A stretch of 64,000 nucleotides of DNA from Thermoplasmata archaeon (GCA_021792255.1 JAJYUZ010000001.1:224001-288000), one strand, 5' to 3'; shown: positions 49,036 through 59,487, numbered from the stretch's first letter. Notes: generated by a model not told the origin, from the letters alone. A program made the numbers and translations.

Positions 49036-49075
49036 ATCACCGGTCGGAAATTGTACCCTGATATTAAAGCGTGTT

Positions 49076-49092
49076 TTGTGCATGATGCATAA
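49076..49092. promoter_or_regulatory. imperfect palindrome, candidate CopT/CopR site
   Basis: TTGTGCAT-G-ATGCATAA immediately upstream of the TTTAATAT TATA-like box of the chaperone-copA unit. Confidence 0.45.
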
Positions 49093-49181
49093 TTTATGAG
49101 ATTCAGGTAAGCCAAACTGATCGACGATTGACTTCAAAACTGGAAGGGACTATTTTTTGGATGAGATAGCCTCAGTTGGTA

Positions 49182-49703
49182 CTACTTCTCCGATCTCGTC
49201 AGCTTCTTGTTTAGATCACCTTTGCAATTTTCACAACAGACATAGTATTCGTGGTTCTTGTGCTTCAATGTTAGGATCCCTTCATTTATTTCCTTTCCGC
49301 AATAGTCACAGTACACTCTGACGTTCGTAGCAATGTTATCAAAGTTCTGTCGTTTTTTAACGATATTGACATTACTGTATTTGATGCTCTTTTTGAGTAG
49401 GTTCAAATCGGATAAAACGACGTACTTTCCATTGGCTAGTTCGAGGACTTCTATCCTATCTTCCTCTGGTACCTGTTCGAGATTATCGATTTCTAGAAGA
49501 ACCATTTTCTCGTCTTCTGGAGGAGATATATTGACCGTGAAGCGGGTAATGACTCCATTAGTAATGAGGGACTTAATAGCAGTACGAACAGTGTTCCTGT
49601 TTAGATTTGTAACTCTTGCTATTTCATTTACATTTTGCCTAGAATCTTCAAACAATGTCCTAAGAACTCTTGACTCAGTTTGAGACAAATTGATTTTTGT
49701 CAT
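49182..49703 (-). CDS. Lrp/AsnC-type HTH regulator with C-terminal TRASH domain (CopT/CopR-like)
   Basis: L.EDSR..EIA...NRNTV..I..L...GVI.RFT HTH; CDYCG...YYVCCENC. Confidence 0.88.
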   Translation of the reverse strand: MTKINLSQTESRVLRTLFEDSRQNVNEIARVTNLNRNTVRTAIKSLITNGVITRFTVNISPPEDEKMVLLEIDNLEQVPEEDRIEVLELANGKYVVLSDLNLLKKSIKYSNVNIVKKRQNFDNIATNVRVYCDYCGKEINEGILTLKHKNHEYYVCCENCKGDLNKKLTRSEK

Positions 49704-49884
49704 AACGAATTCTATCCTCAATAGTATCCATTTCCCCTGTAAGAATTTTATGCAAATCGATTATATTTGGATCATTAAATTATTCAGAATGATTATTTTT
49801 ATCACGTCAATATATTTCCCCCTTGTCTGAGACTATTTGACGTTCTACAGAGAGCCTACCTCACTTTTATAATATCAATAGAAC

Positions 49885-50742
49885 ATGTCAAATTATATGT
49901 TCAGAAGAGATCTGTTAAAGGATAAAGTCGTCCTGGTAACTGGTGGTGGAACCGGAATCGGGAGAAATATGGTTGATAAGTTCGGTTCCTTAGGAGCAAA
50001 AATAGCAATCTTGGGAAGGAGAGAAGAAGTTCTTGAAGAAGCGAGAAAAGACCTCAATTCAAAGGGAATACGTTCGATATCGCATAAATGTGATGTCCGA
50101 TCTCCGGACCAGATTAAGGAAGCGATAGATTACTTTGAAAGTGAATTCGATCACATTGACGTACTAGTGAATAACGCTGCAGGGAATTTCGCATATCCTA
50201 CTGAAAAGTTGTCTGCCCACGCGGTCGATTCAATCTTGAACATCGTGCTTCATGGGACAATTTACACGACGCTAGAAGTTGGAAAAAGATGGATTAATTC
50301 AGGTCGAAAAGGAGTCGTTCTCGATATGGTGACTCCGTATTCTTGGACTGGATCAGCATATGTGGTTCCTTCTGCAGCTGCTAAGGCAGGGGTATTGGCA
50401 GTCGTGAGATCTCTGGCAGTAGAATGGGCAAAGTACGGCATTAGGCACGTTGCTATTGCACCCGGGATATTTCCGACAGCGGCTACTCAAAAGAATTTGT
50501 TTCCCTTACCTGGAATGGAAGATCGACTGAAGGAAAGGGTTCCCCTTGGTAGAACTGGTAAGATGGAAGAAATTGCTAACTTAGCATCGTACCTGATATC
50601 GGACGAAGCCGCATTCATAAATGGCGAAGTGGTTACCATCGATGGCGGAGAATGGTTAAAAGGAGCGGGTGAGTTCAGTGATCTTTCCGTTCTCACTGAT
50701 GAACAGTGGGAACTGATGAGAAAAATCTCTACGGGAAAGTGA
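49885..50742 (+). CDS. SDR oxidoreductase, 2,4-dienoyl-CoA reductase-like
   Basis: TGGGTGIG, GRR, NNAAGNF, SAAAKAG, SLAVEW, IAPG, INGEVVTIDGG. Confidence 0.88.
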   Translation: MSNYMFRRDLLKDKVVLVTGGGTGIGRNMVDKFGSLGAKIAILGRREEVLEEARKDLNSKGIRSISHKCDVRSPDQIKEAIDYFESEFDHIDVLVNNAAGNFAYPTEKLSAHAVDSILNIVLHGTIYTTLEVGKRWINSGRKGVVLDMVTPYSWTGSAYVVPSAAAKAGVLAVVRSLAVEWAKYGIRHVAIAPGIFPTAATQKNLFPLPGMEDRLKERVPLGRTGKMEEIANLASYLISDEAAFINGEVVTIDGGEWLKGAGEFSDLSVLTDEQWELMRKISTGK

Positions 50743-51855
50743 AACGTCCAAATATAGTCAAGAGAAAACAGAGAGTAAAGCCCTAAATAAAACTGAAATC
50801 GTCTCAGCAAGTTCTGTGTCGACCCAATATGATTTCTTCAAAGTGGCAAATTTTAGAAATTCACCTTACATATATAATTAATAATATTGAAATTTGATAA
50901 TGAATTATTCTGTAATGTATATACCGTAACTTAAGATACTATATAGCTGATAATCTTTAACTAATAATTTTTAGACATTTTTTTTTACTATTTTGATTCT
51001 CATGTTAAGTTTCTAAGATAATAGATGAGATCACTGGAGATTTACATAATCAAAAGTTAATCCCGACAATTAAGTCGTACTGGTCACACACTAGCCAGCT
51101 AGTTGCTATAGTAAGGAAGATTGGGACCATCGACATTGTCTGGTGTTGGTTCCGGACAAGATTTACTAATAAATTATTTTGTACCCCACACTCTTCTCCA
51201 TATTTGGAATGCTCTGTCATTAAAACTACATTTATCAGACTCGACTTAAGGTGATTCTCCATCTCAATGCTCTTCTCTTCAAAATCTTATTTTTAAATGT
51301 CATCATTATAATTATAAGTTGGAGAGAGCATTGGAATTCATTTCTAAAGGATATTCTAACACTAATCCGTGCAATCGAACTAACGTTGCAGTTATCTTGC
51401 GAGATCCCAATAATACTGACTGGAAGACTTCGTTTCACATTCAATGGCTGGTCGTCGAACTCGTTTCAGGGATTGTATTGATGTATAACTACGGTTATAC
51501 GTCATGTTTCAAGAATAAACGTAGAGGTATTGGAAGTTTATTTAATCAATAATGGAAATATCGTTACTCGAGTAATTTAGTGATGAAATCTCTATTACTA
51601 CTAACTCATAACCGTTCCCGCATTTTGAGAGCACGATTAAACCGTATCTCTTTCCTCTGAGAGTTTGTTGGGTGAAGTTAGCACGGCAACTTCGAAACCG
51701 CGTCTCAAAAATACTGACTTAACTATTGCCTCTGAAAATTTGTTGGTGCGGAATGAGGCCATTTCCAGTTATACATCCTAACGTCACTTCCTCCACTTTA
51801 ATGAATCTCTTTCATGTTGGAACTTCTCAGCAAGGTTGTACGCTGTAGCCCTTCC

Positions 51856-52575
51856 TCAGATCCGATAGTTCACCAAGTCGTCTTCTTGTTCTATGAAATT
51901 TTCCTCTTCCGTCTTATCTAGCATGTGCCCTCCCTTTTTCTTTTTAGTCTCCAGGTAAAACGAGTTGTGCTCGTTAGGCGGAATAATCAGAGGTATCCTG
52001 CCCGTTATCTTTACCCCGTGGAATTTTAGATCTTCTATTTTAAGTGGATTATTCGACATAAGTCTGATTGACTTGACGTGCAGTGACTTTAGCATATGGG
52101 CGGCTATTGCGTAATCTCGTTCATCCTCCTTAAACCCCAGAACTTTGTTTGCTTCAAATGTGTCAAATCCACCGTCCTGAAGCTGGTATGCCCTGATCTT
52201 GTTTGCAAACCCAATTCCTCTTCCTTCCTGTCTCAAGTAGAGCAGCACTCCGAATTTCATCTCACCTATCATCTTCATTGACGCTTCTAGTTGGTCCCTG
52301 CAATCACAGCGGAGTGATCCAAGGGCATCGCCAGTTAGACATTCTGAATGAATCCTTACTGGAACATCCTCTTTCTCATACACATCTCCGTGGACTAACG
52401 CTGCGTGATCTTTTCTATCGAAATCATTCTGAAAAGCCACGACCTGAAAACCTCCAAATCTGGATGGAAGATCCGCTATAGCAGTAATTTTAACGCACGT
52501 CTTTATTGCACCCGGACATGAATGGTTCAGGTTCTCATTTATCAAATGACTAATCTCTTCTTTGTCTATAGACAT
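51856..52575 (-). CDS. ribA: GTP cyclohydrolase II
   Basis: VRIHSECLTGD..GSLRCDC, YLRQEGRGIG..NK, DERDY, SNNP.K, YL.TKK...GH. Confidence 0.93.
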   Translation of the reverse strand: MSIDKEEISHLINENLNHSCPGAIKTCVKITAIADLPSRFGGFQVVAFQNDFDRKDHAALVHGDVYEKEDVPVRIHSECLTGDALGSLRCDCRDQLEASMKMIGEMKFGVLLYLRQEGRGIGFANKIRAYQLQDGGFDTFEANKVLGFKEDERDYAIAAHMLKSLHVKSIRLMSNNPLKIEDLKFHGVKITGRIPLIIPPNEHNSFYLETKKKKGGHMLDKTEEENFIEQEDDLVNYRI

Positions 52576-52820
52576 TAAATTCACCAAATTGTTTGCCGCT
52601 TATCCACTCTAAGGATAAAAATGACTCCTAAAGGGTCGGATTTCTACTAATTAAGGAATATTAGTTACTATATAACCCATATAATGTAAATTGGCATATC
52701 GAATTGTCAAAAATCCTTTACTCTTAGAAATGGATAATTTTCACCGCTCAAGCTCCAAAAATGGGAATTTCTGCAGGCTAGAAAATGAAAAGATTGTTGT
52801 CCTGGCCTTGAGATTTTATA

Positions 52821-53288
52821 TTAAACCAATTTTAAACGCATTTCGTTGGTTTGCTTAAATCCGAGATTCTCGTACAAAGTTCTACCCTGATTAGAGGCAT
52901 GCAGAGAAATCCTGTCGTACCCGTTATCTTTACTCCACTTTATTGCTTCAGTTACTATTAAGGAAGCCACACCCATTTTCCTGTATTCTGGCAGAGTGTA
53001 CATCGAGAGAAGATAAGGATACTCCAATTTATTCATATCCGGCCTTGGTTGATCTTCCTGAATTAAAATACAGCCTGAACCAGCAACTTCTCCGCTTAGT
53101 GTCTTCACCATAAGAGGTATCAACTTCTTTTCTAGCAATTTTTCTTGTATCCAATTTTGAGTCAAATTACGATGATCCTCGAGAGACTTTGAGAGGTCAG
53201 GATAGATGTCTCTCCACATTAACATCCTGTGTTCTATTAATAAACTGAGGTCATCAAGAGCACCTAAATAGGCTACAAATTCCTTCAT
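52821..53288 (-). CDS. GNAT family N-acetyltransferase
   Basis: MYTLPEYRKMGVA acetyl-CoA motif, LHAS..G..LY..LGF. Confidence 0.88.
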   Translation of the reverse strand: MKEFVAYLGALDDLSLLIEHRMLMWRDIYPDLSKSLEDHRNLTQNWIQEKLLEKKLIPLMVKTLSGEVAGSGCILIQEDQPRPDMNKLEYPYLLSMYTLPEYRKMGVASLIVTEAIKWSKDNGYDRISLHASNQGRTLYENLGFKQTNEMRLKLV

Positions 53289-53534
53289 AAATTCGCCCTC
53301 CCTTGCTATATGAAGCTCCGTTATTTGATTCTTTATTTATAACCTGATCCCTTTTCTATGAAGGACCGAAATTTCACTGATGAAGTAACGCATGTTCATT
53401 GACATCCAATAATATGTAAAGAATATGTCTAATTACATACTAATCATTAAATATAAATGAAAAATACTGCTTTTTCTGTGTCTGAAATGCACATTGAATT
53501 TGCGAGACGATCCCCGCTTCGTGGATCCGGCTTG

Positions 53535-54458
53535 TCAAAACATCTCCCAGATTTCAGGCTTGTAATCCATCGAAAGAGTAAGACCTATAGAGATTTTTAG
53601 TCTGCTATAAAATGCAAAAGCCTCAGAAATGTGCTTCATTGCACGGCTCTTCTCTAGGAAAGTTACCACCCTTAGATCATTTCCCACCTTTCTGTAAAAT
53701 ATATTGTATCTCTTGATCCCCTCAGAATCGAATAGGTTGAGGAGTACGTTAAGGGTTCCTACATCCAAGGGAACCTCGTAAATATTTGATTTTACAGCAA
53801 TTGGTTTCAATCCCGATTTTGAACCCTTTTTTCCATAGATTAACATTCGATGCTCTTTACTGTCTGAAAGGTCACTTACAACCTCCGCAATTGCTCCATT
53901 TTCGAACTCAGATTTTACGTCCTTATTCTTCAGTAATGAGAATGGAATTGCGTATTCCAGAACGTGCACCGGGAACTCTTTGTTTTTTAAGTCCAAATGT
54001 TCAATAAATCCAGTTGAGGGGAATAAGTCAAGCTCTTTCACTAGATGTTTCAAAATGTCATACTGAGTCAAGACCTCAGATATTTGAGGGATAACATTGT
54101 GATGAAACCGAAAACGAACCGTCAGCCGTCCCGTTTCAATTGTAATATTGAATGAAGTGGTGGAATCAACTTTGTTCAAGCTAGAAAGAAGATCAAAAAT
54201 AGACTTCTCTATTTGCAGGGTTGCAACAAGAAATCCTTCATTTTCAGCAGTTTGTGTTAAAAAATTAATCGACTTATTGTCTAATTCAGTGTCCAGTTTT
54301 GGAATAAATACCGACAAAATTCTTTCGCCACCTTTGGAATCAATGGATCCTTGGAAAGTATGACCCGTGGCTTTAGAAAGACTGAATGCACGATCATCTT
54401 TGTTAAAAACGATTCTGCACTCCATATCTAGAATTTTGTCGATGTCCTTTAACAACAT
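53535..54458 (-). CDS. hypothetical protein (paralogue of 54554-55408)
   Basis: 307-aa ORF sharing DI.K.LDM, FRFH and S.G.I..LD..N...P motifs with the divergent neighbour. Confidence 0.75.
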   Translation of the reverse strand: MLLKDIDKILDMECRIVFNKDDRAFSLSKATGHTFQGSIDSKGGERILSVFIPKLDTELDNKSINFLTQTAENEGFLVATLQIEKSIFDLLSSLNKVDSTTSFNITIETGRLTVRFRFHHNVIPQISEVLTQYDILKHLVKELDLFPSTGFIEHLDLKNKEFPVHVLEYAIPFSLLKNKDVKSEFENGAIAEVVSDLSDSKEHRMLIYGKKGSKSGLKPIAVKSNIYEVPLDVGTLNVLLNLFDSEGIKRYNIFYRKVGNDLRVVTFLEKSRAMKHISEAFAFYSRLKISIGLTLSMDYKPEIWEMF

Positions 54459-54553
54459 CTAAAGTTAATCACGTCTGAAATTAATACTTATCTGAATGGG
54501 GCCCTTCTGCAGACTGGAGAATACTTATTAAATTGGACTTAATACAGCTCATA

Positions 54554-55408
54554 ATGATTTATGACATAAACAAAAGGCTCGACATGACATTTAGTCTATC
54601 TACTCCCCTGAACAGTTATGTACTTTCTACTATTGTCAAAGACAATCAAGTTCCAATCAACGTTTTTACAAACGGAAACGACATGTACTTTAGCTTCTTT
54701 TTAAGCCGGGTATCTCCAACCGATCGGGCTCTTTTAGAAACTTTTAACCCAGTACTGTTGGGCGACATCGTGGAAATTACCGAAAAGGTCGACAATCCGG
54801 TGATAAGGGCTGTCAGTGAAAACACTAACCTAGCTTCGACTCTGGCCAACGGTGAATTGTTCACAAAAGGTAGAGGGGTTTATACCAGTTTTAGATTTCA
54901 CTCGTCTCAACTGAAAGAGGTTGGCAATCTTCTTAAAGCGGTCATCTCCTTATACGAAAATATCGATGAAATAAGGATGGTCCATTCTGAGGGCATTATC
55001 AAAGTACTAGACGAAATTAATACAAGAATACCGCTATCGGCAGTTACCTTTGCCTTTACCAAATCGAGTAGTAAGAAGTTTGCCTTAGAATGGAGGAACA
55101 TTCTAAAGGACCCCTTTGGCGGAATTCTGTATGATCTAGAGAAAGATGGAAAGGTTGAAAATTATGACATGCTAAAGGAGCCGACGTCCAAATTCCTTAG
55201 GGCCCTGGACAAAGATCACATCCCGCTAGCTTCGCACTTGGAATTCCACGGTTCTGATACCGTCAAATCAATCACGCACGTCCCTAGCTTCCTTCTGAAA
55301 CCCTTTTTGGTAAGACTCTATGAAAATACAGATTCCCTTGAGGGTTTTAAAATACTCAGTATTGAAAATTATTTAGAGGAAAGGGAAAGACTTAACGTAA
55401 TTCAGTGA
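54554..55408 (+). CDS. hypothetical protein (paralogue of 53535-54458)
   Basis: Same shared motifs; TTATTAAA TATA-like box about 25 bp upstream of ATG 54554. Confidence 0.75.
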   Translation: MIYDINKRLDMTFSLSTPLNSYVLSTIVKDNQVPINVFTNGNDMYFSFFLSRVSPTDRALLETFNPVLLGDIVEITEKVDNPVIRAVSENTNLASTLANGELFTKGRGVYTSFRFHSSQLKEVGNLLKAVISLYENIDEIRMVHSEGIIKVLDEINTRIPLSAVTFAFTKSSSKKFALEWRNILKDPFGGILYDLEKDGKVENYDMLKEPTSKFLRALDKDHIPLASHLEFHGSDTVKSITHVPSFLLKPFLVRLYENTDSLEGFKILSIENYLEERERLNVIQ

Positions 55409-55584
55409 GACCAGCTATATAGATTTCCTTAAGAATTATTTAGTTCCTATACTCAACTACCATACCCTGCTTAATTTTTCTTGCACAAGCGCGACTTTTT
55501 ACCTAAAAAAGGTCCTTGTCTTCCCTCCGAATTACTTAGCGTCAGAGAAATATATAAATGGGTCATAGCCATTATTGGAATGTA

Positions 55585-56658
55585 ATGACGGGTGAATCCA
55601 TTAACGTAGCAAGAGTGGCTGAAGAATTCGAGCTAGACAACGAATTCACTTGGGGAAGCGATGTCAAAATAACGGGAAGGTCTGGGGCAGTACATAAGTT
55701 CGACCTAGTGGTTACATCAAAGAAAGATGAGAGTATCAAGATCGCTGTCCTAAATGGTATTTCGGATGACCTTGTCAGCGACATAATGAAATTCAACGCC
55801 ATTTCCAGTGATTGTGGAATATCTCTAAAGGCGTTAGTGGTCTCGAAAGACCTTGATGATACGGAGATTAACCTTACCCAGATGTACAGTATTATTACAA
55901 TAGATCAAAGGAAGGGCCGAAGGGTAAAATCTGACGTTTTTGGGGTTAAAGATCTAGATGAGTCCCTCGGAGGGGCTATGAAACGGGGGAACGTCTATAT
56001 GGTTTCTGGGAAGACTGGAGTAGGAAAGACAACTACGTGCACCCAGTTCCTCGTTCAGGGTGCAAGGATGGGAGAGAAAGGGGCCATCATACTTACTGAT
56101 ACGAGGGGAGCCGAGTATGTCGCCAATGCCAAGACATTCACATTCGGATTCGAAGAGTATTATAAAGAAGGGACCATAGAAGTAATAGAGCTCTCAGACA
56201 GAATTAGAGAGCTGAAAGAAGAAGTCCTTGAAAGCTTAAAGAACAGATCAAAGTACATCAACAAGTTGACAGGCGAAATAAACAAGATAATCTTGGAAGC
56301 AAATATCTCGCGGTTGGCAATAGACCCTATTACGCCAATGATCGTCGAAAATGACGATTTTGTCAATCAGTTCATGATGGCCTTGGCAATACCACACACC
56401 TTCATACTGATCACGAGCCCGGTGATGAAGAGCGATGTCAGTATGTATGGAATTGAGGAATACTTTGTCTCGGGTATTATCAAACTGGAAATGGATGATC
56501 CGGCTGCGGGAATCAGGAAAGCGTCCATTGTCAAGATGAGAGGTGGTACCTACAATCCTTATCCATTCTACTACAAGATTACCCCCAAAGGAATAATCTC
56601 ATCTCAATCTGAGAGGGATTCAAAGTCTGGTTCTATTTTCAAGAGAGTGGAGTCATAG
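55585..56658 (+). CDS. KaiC/RAD55-like ATPase with N-terminal restriction-endonuclease-like domain
   Basis: N-terminal GRSGAVHKFD motif; GVKDLDESLGG, Walker A GKTGVGKTT, Walker B RLAIDP, KMRG; TATATAAA about 27 bp upstream of ATG 55585. Confidence 0.82.
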   Translation: MTGESINVARVAEEFELDNEFTWGSDVKITGRSGAVHKFDLVVTSKKDESIKIAVLNGISDDLVSDIMKFNAISSDCGISLKALVVSKDLDDTEINLTQMYSIITIDQRKGRRVKSDVFGVKDLDESLGGAMKRGNVYMVSGKTGVGKTTTCTQFLVQGARMGEKGAIILTDTRGAEYVANAKTFTFGFEEYYKEGTIEVIELSDRIRELKEEVLESLKNRSKYINKLTGEINKIILEANISRLAIDPITPMIVENDDFVNQFMMALAIPHTFILITSPVMKSDVSMYGIEEYFVSGIIKLEMDDPAAGIRKASIVKMRGGTYNPYPFYYKITPKGIISSQSERDSKSGSIFKRVES

Positions 56659-56718
56659 CTTTTTCGAAGATAACACACATAATGGTATTTCTGAGCCTCA
56701 GATCACGTCAAGGATTAA

Positions 56719-59313
56719 TCATTTCTTGTACCTGAGGTACTTTCCGTCTCTGATGTACTTGCCATCCCTGACAAAAAAACTCCTTTTTTCGTGTCTGATC
56801 ATGAACGCTAATGCAATTGCCAAAAGACTTACTGCAACTGCTCCCGCGATTCCAATGAGCGCAAAATTTGGAGGAACAAGCGTCACCACAACTGCTGCAG
56901 AATTCCCACTGATTACGACTTTTCCCGTGACGTGACTTCCCGTATATCCAAATGGTGCGTTGAGGGTGTAATTGTAGGAGCCATTAGGTTCACGGAATAC
57001 TAAGAAGCTCTTTGTCGTGTTTTGAGTAGCGACGATGGAAATACCATTGAATGTTTTTCCCTCAAGGGTCACAGACCATTTTTTCCCCACAGATAGTCCA
57101 GATTGAGTTACGTTAAGCTCATAGGTGACCATTGCCCAACTAATTTGCCGAACGAGAGAACTCCCGTTAACTGTCACGTTTCCTGCGTATTCGACGGCTG
57201 AAAAACCAGCCAGGGGCTGAATCGAGTACTCAAAGCTTCCGTTACTCAACTTGAAAACTATGCTTCCATTAGTGGATATCCTGGTGTTGTTATTTACCGT
57301 TATTTCCCAAAAAGTGCCATTTGTGAGGCCAGTCTCGGCGAACATCACTTGATATGTAACCAAAATGAATGTTTCGGTCAGTTCAATTGAGTCCCCGACT
57401 ATTGAGAACGACCCACGATATGGGTCGGGACGATAAAGTTTGTACCCTGTCGAAACTGTAAAGTTATATGAGCCGTTTATTTCTGTGAATGAAATCGAGC
57501 TCAAATTGGAAGAAAAGGAAGGGCCATTAGTGACGTTGATGTACCACTGGTATTCAGGGGGCAGGTTTTGTTTACTGATTGTGACATTGAACAATTTATA
57601 GAACGTCAAGGGAGAGCTTGACGGATAAGGTGATACTGGTCCGCCGTTGACTGTGAAATTTCTTGAGGTCTCGAACGGAAGAAGTGTGTACCACTCACTA
57701 TTGACAGAGACGTTGTAAGTATACGTACCGTTTGGTTCCATAAATGAAATTGTGTTGGTCTTTGAGTTGTAGTATTGGGGGTCAGTGATGTTCAGGTACC
57801 AGGTCAGGTTTCCAGGTTGACTTAGGGGCAGGCCTGTTTCATAGAACGACACTTCATAGATCCTTAAGAAAAGTAGGGCAATGGAGACCGGTAGACCAGA
57901 GACTTTGAATGTGCCGTTAGAAGGGAATGGACCATACGTGGAGATTCCGCTCCTCACAGTGTAGAGATACGTACCATTGGGGAGCGTAAGGGAAATGGTC
58001 TGGGTCGTTGATGAAACCTGCGTAGAATTTGAATTGTTAACAGTCACGGACCAACTTGACCCTGAGGGTAACCCCGTTTCGGTAAATTCTATTTCGTAGG
58101 TTAATAGGTTAAAAGCGATAGGTACGGAGATAGATTTACCGTTGACCAAAAATGAACTTAATAACAACGGGGTGGGATAATAATCCTTATCAGCGGTCGA
58201 AATCGTAAACGTGTAACTCCCGTTCGAAAGATTTGCAATTATTATCGAGGAGTCGGATGAGAGAGACGGTTCTCCAGTTATATTTACGTACCAATATGTA
58301 CCAGCCGGAAGTTTTGAGTTGTTTAGCTGTACAAAGCTTACTTGGTAGAGTTTGGGATAGAAATTTATTGCAACAGAATAACTGCCACCACTGATCACGA
58401 ACAGTCCAGAGTTGGGATTAGGGTAGTAATTCCTATCGCCAGATGCTATTGTGTAGTGATACGTACCATTCGGCTCGTAGAACAGATTAATACTGCCGAC
58501 AATGGGAAAACTCTGACCATTTGTAAGATTAACATACCATTTGTTTCCAGATGGAAGTCCAGTCTCTTGAAAAATGACTTGATACTTCACCAGAACTGCC
58601 GTAATCTGAGCTGTATTGGATTGGTTAGTAATAGTTGTTGGTGAGCCGTTTGAAGTCCCCATATCACTGACATCTACCCAGAAGAAGTAAGTGGCATTTC
58701 CGGTCGGAGTGAAAGTGTAAGAGGACGTCGTTACGTTGGTTTTCGTCCCGTTTAGATACCAACGATAGGTAAAATTTCCGGTACCGCCAGTGACCGTCGA
58801 TTGAAGCGTTAATGTCTGCCCCACGTTGATCGTTTTGCTTGAAGGCGAAATGCTCACAGAAGGAGCTGAATCGACTGTGACACTTGCATTACTTGAAATC
58901 GCTGACTTGCCCTCACTCGTTACATTGACATAAATGATGTAACCTCCTGGAGAGGGGGGAGTAAACAAATATTTGGAAGAAGTCGTACCAACGACGGGTT
59001 TACCACCCAAGTACCAGGTGTACGTGTAACTCAGAGATTGATTAGAAGTGGTCGCGGTAATCGTTACGGATTGACCAATATCTAGTATTGAACTCAGGGG
59101 AGAAATTGATACTGTAAAGCTTGTAAGCATGTGCTGTGCTAGTTGAGATGGACTGGATAATGGGCGACCATTGTCACTGTGGGCTGCAGTTGGAAAAATC
59201 TGATTCGGTGTTGTCGAGATGAAAGCATTAGTAAAACTTGACATCAAAATGAATGTTACAACTGCGATCGTAAGAACCACAAGCTTCCGTTCCGCACTTA
59301 CATTCATTTTCAT
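56719..59313 (-). CDS. surface glycoprotein: 2 PKD/Ig-like modules, 7 thermopsin-C-terminal-type repeats, C-terminal TM
   Basis: Signal peptide, repeated Y.V.F.ETGLP.G..W.V...NG.Y.Y modules, many NxS/T sequons, TM plus basic tail. Confidence 0.85.
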   Translation of the reverse strand: MKMNVSAERKLVVLTIAVVTFILMSSFTNAFISTTPNQIFPTAAHSDNGRPLSSPSQLAQHMLTSFTVSISPLSSILDIGQSVTITATTSNQSLSYTYTWYLGGKPVVGTTSSKYLFTPPSPGGYIIYVNVTSEGKSAISSNASVTVDSAPSVSISPSSKTINVGQTLTLQSTVTGGTGNFTYRWYLNGTKTNVTTSSYTFTPTGNATYFFWVDVSDMGTSNGSPTTITNQSNTAQITAVLVKYQVIFQETGLPSGNKWYVNLTNGQSFPIVGSINLFYEPNGTYHYTIASGDRNYYPNPNSGLFVISGGSYSVAINFYPKLYQVSFVQLNNSKLPAGTYWYVNITGEPSLSSDSSIIIANLSNGSYTFTISTADKDYYPTPLLLSSFLVNGKSISVPIAFNLLTYEIEFTETGLPSGSSWSVTVNNSNSTQVSSTTQTISLTLPNGTYLYTVRSGISTYGPFPSNGTFKVSGLPVSIALLFLRIYEVSFYETGLPLSQPGNLTWYLNITDPQYYNSKTNTISFMEPNGTYTYNVSVNSEWYTLLPFETSRNFTVNGGPVSPYPSSSPLTFYKLFNVTISKQNLPPEYQWYINVTNGPSFSSNLSSISFTEINGSYNFTVSTGYKLYRPDPYRGSFSIVGDSIELTETFILVTYQVMFAETGLTNGTFWEITVNNNTRISTNGSIVFKLSNGSFEYSIQPLAGFSAVEYAGNVTVNGSSLVRQISWAMVTYELNVTQSGLSVGKKWSVTLEGKTFNGISIVATQNTTKSFLVFREPNGSYNYTLNAPFGYTGSHVTGKVVISGNSAAVVVTLVPPNFALIGIAGAVAVSLLAIALAFMIRHEKRSFFVRDGKYIRDGKYLRYKK

Positions 59314-59487
59314 GATAACATTTATCTACAAATTATATCGAAGTATTTAATAATTATTTTCGTCGTATTGCCGTCCACAATGCATCTTGTGAAATCATCA
59401 CTACATAGTTTGGTCAACTTAGATACAAAGTCGTTCATTATTAAAGATGGAGTGTGGAAAAAAGAGGGCAGGTTCATTTCAAGCTCT

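Noticed and set aside
51050-51552. Four short overlapping ORFs (69-77 aa) on both strands
   Set aside because: Mutually overlapping, no motifs, atypical composition; likely spurious
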